64,000 bases of DNA from an uncultured virus (IMG/VR IMGVR_UViG_3300018428_002561). Taxonomy: Duplodnaviria > Heunggongvirae > Uroviricota > Caudoviricetes. The notes beneath the pieces were generated by a model. That model saw only the letters and a list, made by a program, of their open reading frames with translations. It had not been told where the DNA came from and made no database searches. Below, one piece after another: positions 1 through 8,801 of the stretch (position 1 is its first letter; every line of letters begins with the position of its first letter). The position numbers and the translations under genes are program-made. The stretch is from the IMG/VR virus record IMGVR_UViG_3300018428_002561; one strand, given 5' to 3'.

Positions 1-1426
1 ACGTATTCCTTCAAACTTTGCTAATGGTGTAGAGAGTTTAAACTATCTAAACAAACAAGAAGGTCAATTCCAATACAAATGGACACTGTATTCAGCAGGA
101 CACGCTGAATTAGACATCAACAAACACGCACCTAAAGAAGATATGGTGCGAAACAGAGATAGAGAAAATACTTGGCTACTGGGCGACTCGGGTGGCTTCC
201 AAATTGGTAAAGGTGTATGGGAAGGTGACTGGAAAGATCCAAACTGTCCAAAAGCACAAAAGAAACGTGACGGCGTTCTCCGTTGGATGGATGCTTATAT
301 GGATTACGGTATGATACTTGATATTCCTGCTTGGGTTTCACGTTCACCTGCAGGTGCAAAAGCAACAGGTATTAGCACTTATCAAGATGCTGTAAATGCT
401 ACACGTATTAATAACGACTATTGGATGAAGCATAGAACAGGTGCTTGTAAGTTCTTAAATGTTTTACAAGGTGAAAATCATGCTGATGCAGAGGATTGGT
501 ATCAGCAAATGAAAGACTACTGTGATCCTAAAAAATATACTGACCATTTTAACGGTTGGTCAATGGGTGGACAGAACATGTGCGACATTCATTTGGTTCT
601 TAAACGTCTAGTTGCATTGAGGTTTGACGGACTATTGGAAAAGGGTGTGCATGACGTAATGCACTTCTTAGGTACTTCGAAACTAGAATGGGCTACATTA
701 CTAACAGACGTTCAACGAGCTGTTCGTAAGTATCACAATCCAAACTTCCAAATTACATTTGATTGTGCTTCACCGTTTCTTGCTACAGCAAACGGACAGA
801 TTTATATTCAAAATGAAACCCAAGATAGAAGCAAATGGGTTTATAGAATGGTTCCGTCTGTTGATAATAAAAAGTATGCAACTGACAGCAGATTATTTAG
901 AGATGCTGTATTACAAGATGGTATTTTTGCTAACTTCGAAGATAGTCCGTTAACTACTGGACTTAAGGTATCAGATGTATGTACATATGCACCTGGTGAT
1001 TTAAACAAAATAGGTAAAGAAGGAAAGACCTCCTGGGATAGTTTTTCATATGCTATTCAAATGGGCCATAATGTTTGGAGTCATATTAATGCTGTACAAG
1101 AAGCAAATAGACAGTACGACAATGGAATTATACCGGCAATGCTTGTTGAAGAACGCTTTGACAGGGTATTTTTTAGAGATGTTGTGGAAGCAATATTTGC
1201 AACTGACAACAGAGATGAAGCAGAAGCGGTAATAGAAGAATTTAGCCGTTTTTGGATGTCTATTATAGGTACTAGAGGTGCTGTTGGTAAGAAGACTGTC
1301 AACTCTAGTACATACTTTGATAGTTTATTTGAAGTTGAACCTACTGTTTCAACTGAAGATGAAGAGCTAGACGAATCAAAATTAGAGGTACTTGAAGATG
1401 AGCAACTTCACGGAGAAGCACAATAA
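1..1426 (+). CDS. dpdA: DpdA/tRNA-guanine transglycosylase-family 7-deazaguanine DNA insertion enzyme (5'-truncated by window edge)
   Basis: TGT motifs LGDSGGFQ, MILDIP, VLQG, HFLGTS, FDCASP. The frame is open from position 2 (RIPSNFANG...), so the true start is upstream of the window. folE and queE are nearby. Confidence 0.8.
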   Translation, partial: RIPSNFANGVESLNYLNKQEGQFQYKWTLYSAGHAELDINKHAPKEDMVRNRDRENTWLLGDSGGFQIGKGVWEGDWKDPNCPKAQKKRDGVLRWMDAYMDYGMILDIPAWVSRSPAGAKATGISTYQDAVNATRINNDYWMKHRTGACKFLNVLQGENHADAEDWYQQMKDYCDPKKYTDHFNGWSMGGQNMCDIHLVLKRLVALRFDGLLEKGVHDVMHFLGTSKLEWATLLTDVQRAVRKYHNPNFQITFDCASPFLATANGQIYIQNETQDRSKWVYRMVPSVDNKKYATDSRLFRDAVLQDGIFANFEDSPLTTGLKVSDVCTYAPGDLNKIGKEGKTSWDSFSYAIQMGHNVWSHINAVQEANRQYDNGIIPAMLVEERFDRVFFRDVVEAIFATDNRDEAEAVIEEFSRFWMSIIGTRGAVGKKTVNSSTYFDSLFEVEPTVSTEDEELDESKLEVLEDEQLHGEAQ

Positions 1427-1601
1427 AATTGCAAATTATTTGCAAGAGTTGTATAAACGTCACAGATTACTTGACGACGAAATAAAAGAGTTGTACAATA
1501 AGTTTGCAAATGATGGAGAGATTAACCGTAAAAAAACTAAAAAACTTTGGCTCAAAGATGAAATACACAGGCTTGAAACAGAATTGAAGGACCTAGGATA
1601 A
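1398..1601 (+). CDS. DUF465/YdcH-like small coiled-coil protein
   Basis: Pattern L..RH..LDDEI..L....EI.R.K.KKL.LKDEI; GAGGT SD before ATG 1398. Confidence 0.6.
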   Translation: MSNFTEKHNKIANYLQELYKRHRLLDDEIKELYNKFANDGEINRKKTKKLWLKDEIHRLETELKDLG

Positions 1602-1786
1602 TGCCATTACCAGAAGGAAGAACCCCATTAACAGACGGCGATATGGTTGTATTGCTACACAACATGGCTCGACAAATGGGCGAGCGTGATAAAACTATGG
1701 AAAGTGAAATGCGACAGGTTGCTGATCGTTTTTCAGAACTTTCTAAAGCGGCAGGTGTTGCACAGCATAAGGCACAACAAGGATGA
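1601..1786 (+). CDS. hypothetical protein
   Basis: 61-aa ORF coupled to both neighbours (TAATG and ATGA overlaps); AGGA SD. Confidence 0.6.
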   Translation: MPLPEGRTPLTDGDMVVLLHNMARQMGERDKTMESEMRQVADRFSELSKAAGVAQHKAQQG

Positions 1787-2325
1787 AAAGAGATTACGAA
1801 ACCGGCGTACAGGAAAATGTAAAATACTTTGTAGGTACTGAAGTTGAAAAAACTCCTGCCTACGGTATGCGTACACTGTTTGTTACAGATGTACAACCTG
1901 TAGATGAAATTGAATTTTGGTACGAAAAAGAACAGTGCGAACATATCTTCTTTGGTGCTAATCACAGTTTTAACCCTGAAGATCCGTGTAATGACGAAAG
2001 TTTATACGATTACTATCGTAAATGGGAAGACATGATCGAATACTTCTTAAATAAAGACATTCTTTGCACACTTGATATTCCTCTTAGTGCAGCACAAGGT
2101 ACGTTCCACGACGGCGGACTATGTGAAAAAGATAACTTTATTCCGCAAATTCGTGTTCCATTGCCTTACACGAAACTTTGGAACTACAACACAATGATTA
2201 AGATTGATGATGTAGATTTTAAGGCAACTAACCCAGGTGTTTGGTGTCATAGTTTACACGATCTGTTAGATAGAGAAAAATTTACAGATTGGAGCAAATA
2301 TGGACTTGACAAAGTTATTGAATGA
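1783..2325 (+). CDS. hypothetical protein in the deazaguanine cluster
   Basis: 180-aa ORF with ATGA overlap; motifs HIFFGANHSF and NPGVWCH; no family recognised. Confidence 0.7.
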   Translation: MKRDYETGVQENVKYFVGTEVEKTPAYGMRTLFVTDVQPVDEIEFWYEKEQCEHIFFGANHSFNPEDPCNDESLYDYYRKWEDMIEYFLNKDILCTLDIPLSAAQGTFHDGGLCEKDNFIPQIRVPLPYTKLWNYNTMIKIDDVDFKATNPGVWCHSLHDLLDREKFTDWSKYGLDKVIE

Positions 2326-2334
2326 AAGTATTAT
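2306..2334 (+). promoter_or_regulatory. sigma70-type promoter
   Basis: TTGACA (2306-2311), 17 bp, TATTAT (2329-2334). Confidence 0.65.
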
Positions 2335-2341
2335 ATAAACA

Positions 2342-2794
2342 ATGCAACGAGAATCCTATCACGACTACATGGGTCGTAGATTAAGAGAAGAAAGTATGAA
2401 TGACAGAATAAAAAATGCAGAACGTAGTATTTGGGTAACCTTTTCAAAAGAAGGTGTACATATGTACCCAGGTGCTGACACTGACCCTAAATTAGCAACT
2501 GGCGATTGGGATGATGTAAGTTTCCTCGGTGTTCCACATCGTCATATTTTTCATTTTCGTGTTCGTATTGAAGTATTTCATAACGACCGCGACATTGAAT
2601 TCATTCAGTTTAAACGCTGGATGCAACGACTCTATGACGTCGAAGGCGTACTAGAGTTAAATCACAAGAGCTGTGAGATGATCGCAGATGACTTGTACCA
2701 AGAGATTTCTACAAAGTATCCCGGCCGGTTTGTAGAGATTAGTGTCGCTGAAGACAACGAAAACGGCTGTTCCATTTTTTACCCTAAGAGCTAG
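2342..2794 (+). CDS. dpdL: QueD-like T-fold protein, probable DpdL (7-carboxy-7-deazaguanine decarboxylase)
   Basis: LGVPHRHIF matches the LxxxHRHxF signature recalled for DpdL; T-fold elements KSCEMIA and VSVAED-like C-terminus; lacks the QueD CxxxHGH motif. Confidence 0.6.
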   Translation: MQRESYHDYMGRRLREESMNDRIKNAERSIWVTFSKEGVHMYPGADTDPKLATGDWDDVSFLGVPHRHIFHFRVRIEVFHNDRDIEFIQFKRWMQRLYDVEGVLELNHKSCEMIADDLYQEISTKYPGRFVEISVAEDNENGCSIFYPKS

Positions 2795-2816
2795 TGAGAC
2801 AAAAGGAAAACACACT

Positions 2817-3047
2817 ATGGCTATTCAATTCAATAAGCCCGCTTATGACAAAATCTTTAGAGATTTGGAAAACTTTAAAGATTTCTGTAGATTTACTGGT
2901 GATGCAAAAAATGTTGCATTTGTCTTTGATGAAAAAAATTTATATGACGAAAAGTCATATGCATGGAGAGCTTATCAACGGCACGTGAATCATTTAAAAG
3001 CAAAAAGCCGCAAACTTGGTAAGAGTGTTAACCAAAGGAGAAACTAA
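2817..3047 (+). CDS. hypothetical protein
   Basis: AAGGA SD then ATG 2817; stop overlaps the next ATG (TAATG). Confidence 0.6.
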   Translation: MAIQFNKPAYDKIFRDLENFKDFCRFTGDAKNVAFVFDEKNLYDEKSYAWRAYQRHVNHLKAKSRKLGKSVNQRRN

Positions 3048-4093
3048 TGACTGTATACATTGTAGACATTGAAGCTGTAGACACACGTTATACTAAACAG
3101 TGGAAGGAACATCTTCCTAATCAGCTTCGTCGTGCTACAAATGTAAGTGTCGAAGTTATCAGTGGTGGAGAAACGCCTCAGGCTACAACGCCTGGGGCAT
3201 TTCTAAACTTTGGCGGTACTAATGTGTATAAGAGTAAACAACTCGAGCAGATTGGTGAAATGTTTTGCAAAGGTAAAATTAAAAATGGAGATTATTTCTT
3301 ATATACGGATGCGTGGAATCCAACTGTTATCCAACTTAAATACATGGCTGAGCTCTTGGGCGTGGACATTAGAGTCGGTGGCTTATGGCATGCTGGTTCT
3401 TATGATCCTCACGATTTCTTGGGTAGGTTAATTGGTGATAAACCTTGGGTACGTCATGCAGAGCAATCAATGTACGAATGCTTTGATGATAACTTTTATG
3501 CAAGTGATTTTCATATAGATCTTTTTGCTGAAAGTTTAGATATTAATGACAGCAAAACACACCGTGTTGGTTGGCCTATGGAGTATCTAAAGAACAGTTT
3601 AGATAGTTATAAAGGTATGGAGAAGCAAAATCTTATACTTTTCCCGCATCGTATTGCTCCCGAGAAGCAAGTAGAAATTTTCCATGATCTAAAAACCCAA
3701 CTTCCAGAATACGAATTTGTTGTATGTCAAGAACAGACACTTACTAAAAATGATTATCATAATTTGCTAGGTGAAGCAAAAATGGTGTTCAGTGCTAACT
3801 TACAAGAAACACTTGGCATTAGTTGGTATGAAGGTGCTCTTGTAGATGCTATTCCTATGGTGCCTGATAGACTGAGCTACAGTGAAATGGCACTAGGTGA
3901 GTTTAAGTATCCAAGTGAATGGACTGAAGATTACTTTGCTTATAGAAAGTACAGAGGTTTGCTAGTTGATAAGATTCGTCATTACATGGAAAACTACAAC
4001 GATTATCTTGTAAGTTTAGAAAAACAAAGAAGAAAACTTAATAAAGAGTTTTTCTCAGGTGAAGCAATTTATAATAGGATTAAACATGGCTAG
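3047..4093 (+). CDS. GT-B fold (GT4-like) glycosyltransferase
   Basis: C-terminal GT4-type motifs FPHRIAPEKQ and QETLGISWYEG...AIPMVPDRLSYSEM. Confidence 0.7.
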   Translation: MTVYIVDIEAVDTRYTKQWKEHLPNQLRRATNVSVEVISGGETPQATTPGAFLNFGGTNVYKSKQLEQIGEMFCKGKIKNGDYFLYTDAWNPTVIQLKYMAELLGVDIRVGGLWHAGSYDPHDFLGRLIGDKPWVRHAEQSMYECFDDNFYASDFHIDLFAESLDINDSKTHRVGWPMEYLKNSLDSYKGMEKQNLILFPHRIAPEKQVEIFHDLKTQLPEYEFVVCQEQTLTKNDYHNLLGEAKMVFSANLQETLGISWYEGALVDAIPMVPDRLSYSEMALGEFKYPSEWTEDYFAYRKYRGLLVDKIRHYMENYNDYLVSLEKQRRKLNKEFFSGEAIYNRIKHG

Positions 4094-4424
4094 TAATGAT
4101 CAATACACTGATAACACATTTAGTTTTACATTAGATGCAAACAGTTTATTTACTTCTTCAGCTGATTCAACTATAACAATTAACACAACAGCTGATACAA
4201 CATATACGTATGATACAGACTCAAGCACATATTCATTTAATTTAGATAACATTACAACTAGTTGGGATAGTAATAGTATTTCACCTAGTGAAGTTGAAAG
4301 AATGTGCATGCAATATCCTGCATTAGAAAAGGTATGGCGTAACTTCAAAAGTGTTTACGATATGTGTAAGCAGGATTACGAAGGCAAGAAAAAGTCAGGA
4401 GAAGTAGATGACCTTCCTTTCTAA
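4086..4424 (+). CDS. hypothetical protein with S/T/D-rich N-half and acidic DDLPF C-terminus
   Basis: AGGA SD before ATG 4086; low-complexity N-terminus; ends GEVDDLPF. Confidence 0.65.
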   Translation: MASNDQYTDNTFSFTLDANSLFTSSADSTITINTTADTTYTYDTDSSTYSFNLDNITTSWDSNSISPSEVERMCMQYPALEKVWRNFKSVYDMCKQDYEGKKKSGEVDDLPF

Positions 4425-4887
4425 GATTATGGACAAACTCGGTAGACGTCGAGTAATTACAGATAGAGACAGTAATGAACCTTACTTGATTAGATTTTAT
4501 TTGTTTCTTAAGGACAGAAAAAACTTTCCTTTTAATATAACATTACATAAAGTTTTAAAAAGCGATGAAAAAGTTTTACACGATCATCCATGGAACTATG
4601 CAACATTTATTATTAAAGGTGGTTATTGGGAGCATATTCCTATTCGATCTCAAGAAGGTTTTGTAGTAGGTGCAACTCGAGTTTGGAGAGGACCTGGACA
4701 CTTTCGTTTTAGAAAAGCAGATGATCTACATTGGCTTGAACTTGAAAAAGATGAGAACGGAAATGAAATACCTTGTTGGAGTTTATTCTACATGGGCAAG
4801 AAAGCACAAGATTGGGGCTTTCTTCCTTTTGTAGCAACACAAGGTTACAGATGGGTAAACCATAAAAAATATTTATATAAGGAGTAA
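4408..4887 (+). CDS. cupin-fold protein (HDHPW type)
   Basis: LHDHPW...KGGYWE...DLHWLEL metal-binding cupin pattern. Confidence 0.6.
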   Translation: MTFLSKIMDKLGRRRVITDRDSNEPYLIRFYLFLKDRKNFPFNITLHKVLKSDEKVLHDHPWNYATFIIKGGYWEHIPIRSQEGFVVGATRVWRGPGHFRFRKADDLHWLELEKDENGNEIPCWSLFYMGKKAQDWGFLPFVATQGYRWVNHKKYLYKE

Positions 4888-4888
4888 T

Positions 4889-5161
4889 ATGGGCCAGTAT
4901 GATGATTTAGTAGAAAGGAGACGTTTACAACTAGCTGCAGAGGAATGGGCTAACACTGTAAAAGCAATTCATGCACATAGAATAGATTCTATGCATTACG
5001 ATAATTTTCCTGAAGATACAGAAAACGGAAGTGTTATTGATATTGAATATAACAGTGGACTAATACATCGTACATGTTCAGATGGAAGAAAAAGAGTTCT
5101 TGGAAGCAAGATAAAAACTGAAGAATTACTACAAAATTATGAGAGGTCACAGCGTGGTTAA
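4889..5161 (+). CDS. hypothetical protein
   Basis: AAGGAG SD; 90-aa ORF in the operon. Confidence 0.65.
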   Translation: MGQYDDLVERRRLQLAAEEWANTVKAIHAHRIDSMHYDNFPEDTENGSVIDIEYNSGLIHRTCSDGRKRVLGSKIKTEELLQNYERSQRG

Positions 5162-5711
5162 AAAACAGTATTATGATTGGGCAGATATTGAACGTGCATG
5201 TTTAAGTATTGCATTGCAAATGTACAATGACAATTGGAAGCCTGATTACATCGTAGGCATTACACGTGGCGGCAATATTCCCGCTACTATATTATCACAT
5301 ATGTTAGGTATACGTTGCGAAGCACTTAAAGTTAGTTTGCGTGACGATGATAGCGAATGCGAATCTAACTGTTGGATGAGTGAAGATGCATTTGGTTATG
5401 TAGATGAAGAAGAACGTAAAATTCTTAAAAGTCGTTGGGACTTAAACAAACGTAAAAACATTCTTATTGTAGACGACATCAATGACACAGGTGCAACATT
5501 AAATTGGATCAAACAAGATTGGATGAGTAGTTGTCTACCGCAAGAAACAAGTGGATGGGATAGTGTATGGCATCGTAATGTTCGATTTGCGGTTATTACT
5601 GATAATCTTTCTAGTGAGTTTAAGGGCACAGTAGACTACAGTGTACACGAAGTTAATAAAGCAGAAGAAGATGTTTGGCTAGTTTATCCGTGGGAGAATG
5701 TAGGACAATGA
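5154..5711 (+). CDS. type I phosphoribosyltransferase (xanthine/guanine PRT-like)
   Basis: IVGITRGG and PRPP loop ILIVDDINDTGAT; C-terminal WLVYPWE; likely GTG start 5154 after GAGGT (ORF track start 5139). Confidence 0.85.
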   Translation: MVKKQYYDWADIERACLSIALQMYNDNWKPDYIVGITRGGNIPATILSHMLGIRCEALKVSLRDDDSECESNCWMSEDAFGYVDEEERKILKSRWDLNKRKNILIVDDINDTGATLNWIKQDWMSSCLPQETSGWDSVWHRNVRFAVITDNLSSEFKGTVDYSVHEVNKAEEDVWLVYPWENVGQ

Positions 5712-6085
5712 AAGTAGATAACTTAGAACTAGCACAACAAGAAAATAGAGCACCATGGTCTACTGTTTCTTTAAACACAAGAGACTTTGTTGTTTATGAA
5801 GATGGGTTTCCTGTTACAGACGGGCATACTCTTGTTGTACCTAAGGAATCTACAGAAGAAAATTTACTAAAATGTTTTAAGTTTGCACTTGCTATGGGAC
5901 AACAAAATGTAGAAGCCAGTAATAACATTACAGGGTTCAACATTGGTCTAAATATAGGTACTAGTGCAGGACAAACATGCATGTATCCACACGTACATTT
6001 AATATTCCGTAGAGATGGGGATTGTCCGGACCCTGTTGGTGGTGTACGTAATGTAATACCGGGCAAAGGCAACTACAAAAAATAA
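5708..6085 (+). CDS. HIT-family nucleotide hydrolase
   Basis: DGFPVTDGHTLVVPK, GFNIGLNIGTSAGQT, YPHVHLIFRR; AGGA SD before ATG 5708. Confidence 0.85.
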   Translation: MKVDNLELAQQENRAPWSTVSLNTRDFVVYEDGFPVTDGHTLVVPKESTEENLLKCFKFALAMGQQNVEASNNITGFNIGLNIGTSAGQTCMYPHVHLIFRRDGDCPDPVGGVRNVIPGKGNYKK

Positions 6086-6095
6086 GGAAAGGAAA

Positions 6096-6302
6096 ATGGA
6101 GTTGAGAGAAAACTTAATTAATGCGGCAAAGAAACACGCAGAGGCGGAGATTGAATTGCACAAAACTAACATTGAAGTCTATATGCAAAAAGTAGTAGGC
6201 ATCGGCGAACACTCTGATATTGTTGAAACGATACAGAAAGAACTAGATGCAATGGCTACGGCAAATGACCGTTTAGAAATGTTGGAAAAGTATTTTGGTT
6301 AA
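6096..6302 (+). CDS. small phage protein of a type recalled from T4-like marine myoviruses
   Basis: NIEVY...VGIGEHSDIVETIQKEL motif; strong SD. Confidence 0.65.
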   Translation: MELRENLINAAKKHAEAEIELHKTNIEVYMQKVVGIGEHSDIVETIQKELDAMATANDRLEMLEKYFG

Positions 6303-6319
6303 AACCATAGATAATATAC

Positions 6320-6348
6320 TTGACAAAAACCTAAATAAAGTATATAAT
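6320..6348 (+). promoter_or_regulatory. consensus sigma70 promoter for folE-queE, with TAAATA in the spacer
   Basis: TTGACA (6320-6325), 17 bp, TATAAT (6343-6348); TAAATA at 6332-6337. Confidence 0.85.
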
Positions 6349-6390
6349 ATACAATTAATAGACATCCTCGTCTATAACTCGGAGAATTAA

Positions 6391-7080
6391 ATGAGCAAAA
6401 GTAAAGAATTAACTGTACGTCTTAAAGATGCTGGTATCCGCTATTGGGCAGGTGACAACATTTCAGAAGTATTTCAGAAAGGCGACAAAGAAGAACTTAT
6501 TGAAGAAGCAACTGTAGCATTTGAAAATGTTTTAGATACGTTGCTAATTGATAGACATAACGATCCTAATTCACAAGGTACAGCAAGACGTCTTGCTAAA
6601 ATGTACTTTAATGAACTAATGGCTGGACGTTATGATACTATTCCTAGTGCAACAGCGTTTCCGAACGATAGCGATGAACGCTACGAAGGTATGCTAGTTG
6701 TACGTAGCGAACTTAAAAGTGTATGTTCGCATCATCATCAACCAGTAAGCGGTGTAGCGTATATTGGTATTATTGCAAGTGCAAAACTTATCGGTCTTTC
6801 AAAGTATACACGTATTGCACAGTGGTGTGCTAGACGTGGTACACTACAAGAAGAACTTGCAAATGAAATTGCAAAACAAATTCAACTTGCAACTAATGCA
6901 GATCACTTAGGTGTTTATATTCAAGCAACACACGGTTGTTGTGAGAATAGAGGCATAATGGCAACTAGTTCATTGACACAGACTACTGTACTAAAAGGTG
7001 CATTTAAGAATGATCCTGGTACAAAGAAAGAGTTCTTTGACAATATTAAATTACAACAAGAATTTAGTTGTGGAAAGTAG
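6391..7080 (+). CDS. folE: GTP cyclohydrolase I
   Basis: SVCSHHHQP, IGLSKYTRI, LQEEL, ATHGCCENRG motifs. Confidence 0.95.
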   Translation: MSKSKELTVRLKDAGIRYWAGDNISEVFQKGDKEELIEEATVAFENVLDTLLIDRHNDPNSQGTARRLAKMYFNELMAGRYDTIPSATAFPNDSDERYEGMLVVRSELKSVCSHHHQPVSGVAYIGIIASAKLIGLSKYTRIAQWCARRGTLQEELANEIAKQIQLATNADHLGVYIQATHGCCENRGIMATSSLTQTTVLKGAFKNDPGTKKEFFDNIKLQQEFSCGK

Positions 7081-7086
7081 GTAGAT

Positions 7087-7971
7087 ATGAAACTACGTTA
7101 TTCAGAAGCATTTTATAGTGTACAAGGTGAAGGAAAGTTTGTAGGAGTACCTAGTGTGTTCCTACGTACATTTGGTTGTAACTTTCGTTGTATGAACTTT
7201 GGATTAGAACGTGGAACACCTGCAAGAGCAGATGGTGTAAAACATAATCCAGAAGTAAAAAAATTACTAGATAGTAATATTATCAACACTGTTGAAAAGT
7301 TTGAGGACTTGCCTGTAATACATACAGGTTGTGATACATATGCAAGTATCTATCCTGAGTTTAAAAAGTTTATGATGGATAGAACTGTAGATGAAGTTGT
7401 TGAACATTTATTGTCACTTACTCCAGAAGGCAAGTGGACAATGGACAATGGACAAGATATCCATTTAATATTTACAGGCGGCGAGCCTTTGTTAGGATGG
7501 CAAAGGTTTTATGCTGATTTATTAGAACATCCACGTATGCAGGATTTGAAAAATGTTACATTTGAAACAAACACTACACAAAACTTACGAGACGATTTCA
7601 AAGAGTATCTCAGCAATCAAGACAGATTTAGAGTTACTTGGAGTTGTTCCCCAAAACTTTCAGTTAGCGGAGAACGCTGGGAAGATGCTATTAAGCCTGA
7701 TATTGCTAGTCAGTATATCGATGTTGACGGTAGTGACCTTTACTTTAAGTTTGTTGTCGCTGACGAAACTGATGTTATTGAAGCTGGCAGGGCTGTGGAG
7801 AGTTATAGAAACGCCGGGGTGGAATGTCCGGTATATCTTATGCCGCTGGGTGGAAGGAGCGAAGAATACAAGCTCAACATTCAAGAAGTGGCTGAACTCT
7901 GTATGGAAAAAGGATGGCGCTTCACTCCAAGACTCCACATCGACTTATTCGGAAATGCGTGGGGGACTTGA
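7087..7971 (+). CDS. queE: 7-carboxy-7-deazaguanine synthase (radical SAM)
   Basis: EAFYSVQGEG...PSVFLRTFGCNFRC, CDT, TGGEPL, FETN, SPKL, RLHIDLFG. Confidence 0.9.
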   Translation: MKLRYSEAFYSVQGEGKFVGVPSVFLRTFGCNFRCMNFGLERGTPARADGVKHNPEVKKLLDSNIINTVEKFEDLPVIHTGCDTYASIYPEFKKFMMDRTVDEVVEHLLSLTPEGKWTMDNGQDIHLIFTGGEPLLGWQRFYADLLEHPRMQDLKNVTFETNTTQNLRDDFKEYLSNQDRFRVTWSCSPKLSVSGERWEDAIKPDIASQYIDVDGSDLYFKFVVADETDVIEAGRAVESYRNAGVECPVYLMPLGGRSEEYKLNIQEVAELCMEKGWRFTPRLHIDLFGNAWGT

Positions 7972-8074
7972 GAATGCTTTTGATCCAGATGATTTTATTA
8001 AACAAGAACAGCGTGAGCGTAAAGTGGAAAAAGTAAACGACTTAGAAACTCGTGCTAGGGAGGCAGGACTATAA
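7955..8074 (+). CDS. possible 39-aa hypothetical protein
   Basis: Fills the gap between queE and the next gene; stop overlaps the next ATG (TAATG). Confidence 0.35.
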   Translation: MRGGLENAFDPDDFIKQEQRERKVEKVNDLETRAREAGL

Positions 8075-8469
8075 TGGGATGGTGGAAAAAATTAATACGT
8101 GATGCAGGTATACAATCTAAAATTGATACACCTGTTGAAGAAAAGACCCCTGAAGATATACGTAGGGCGGCACTGGAAGAAGAAAAGGCACAGGCTACAA
8201 AAAAAGGAGAGCCTTGGGTAGCGGTACTAGATACGCAAGTTAATCCTGATAACATTCGAAACGGTTTCTTTGAACTTGATTGGAACAATGAGTTTATTGA
8301 ACAGTTACTTGATGCAGGATACAAAGGAGAAACAAATGAGCAAATTGTTGATCAATGGTTTCAATCTTTAGTGCGACAAATGCTAGGCGAAGAAGGCCAA
8401 AGCACTGATAGAGATATGGGCTATATTAATGTAGTTCCTATTGATAAAGGAAAGTCAGAGGTGTCATAA
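8074..8469 (+). CDS. hypothetical protein
   Basis: 131-aa ORF with motif NGFFELDWNNEFIEQL; coupled stop/start junctions. Confidence 0.7.
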   Translation: MGWWKKLIRDAGIQSKIDTPVEEKTPEDIRRAALEEEKAQATKKGEPWVAVLDTQVNPDNIRNGFFELDWNNEFIEQLLDAGYKGETNEQIVDQWFQSLVRQMLGEEGQSTDRDMGYINVVPIDKGKSEVS

Positions 8470-8801
8470 TGTTATACAACATAGACGATATTGGTGGAAA
8501 ATTAGTAAAAGATAATGAGCAATATCAACTATTTGATAACACTAGTTTAAAAAATCTTGTAGTAAGTAAAACTAAATTACGAGCAGGTCAGTCTACTAAC
8601 GGTCATAGACATGCTGGTCAAGAAGAAGTATACATCTTTACAAAAGGTCAAGGACAAATGGAACTTGATCATAAAATATTTGATGTAAAAGAGGGAGACG
8701 TTGTTTTAATAGAAGACAATGTATTTCATAAAGTCTATAATACAGATGGACCATTTTGGTTAGAATTTATTTGTGTGTTTGATGGGAAACGCTATGCGTG
8801 A
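8469..8801 (+). CDS. cupin_2 domain protein
   Basis: GHRHAGQEEVYIFTKGQG...GDVVLIEDNVFHKVYN. Confidence 0.85.
   Translation: MLYNIDDIGGKLVKDNEQYQLFDNTSLKNLVVSKTKLRAGQSTNGHRHAGQEEVYIFTKGQGQMELDHKIFDVKEGDVVLIEDNVFHKVYNTDGPFWLEFICVFDGKRYA

Noticed and set aside
2342..2794. Canonical QueD
   Set aside because: Lacks the CxxxHGH catalytic motif and has LxxxHRHxF instead, so it is called DpdL-like
7553..7954. 173-aa alternative-frame ORF overlapping queE
   Set aside because: Shadow of queE; only the last ~39 codons (from ATG 7955) plausibly form a gene
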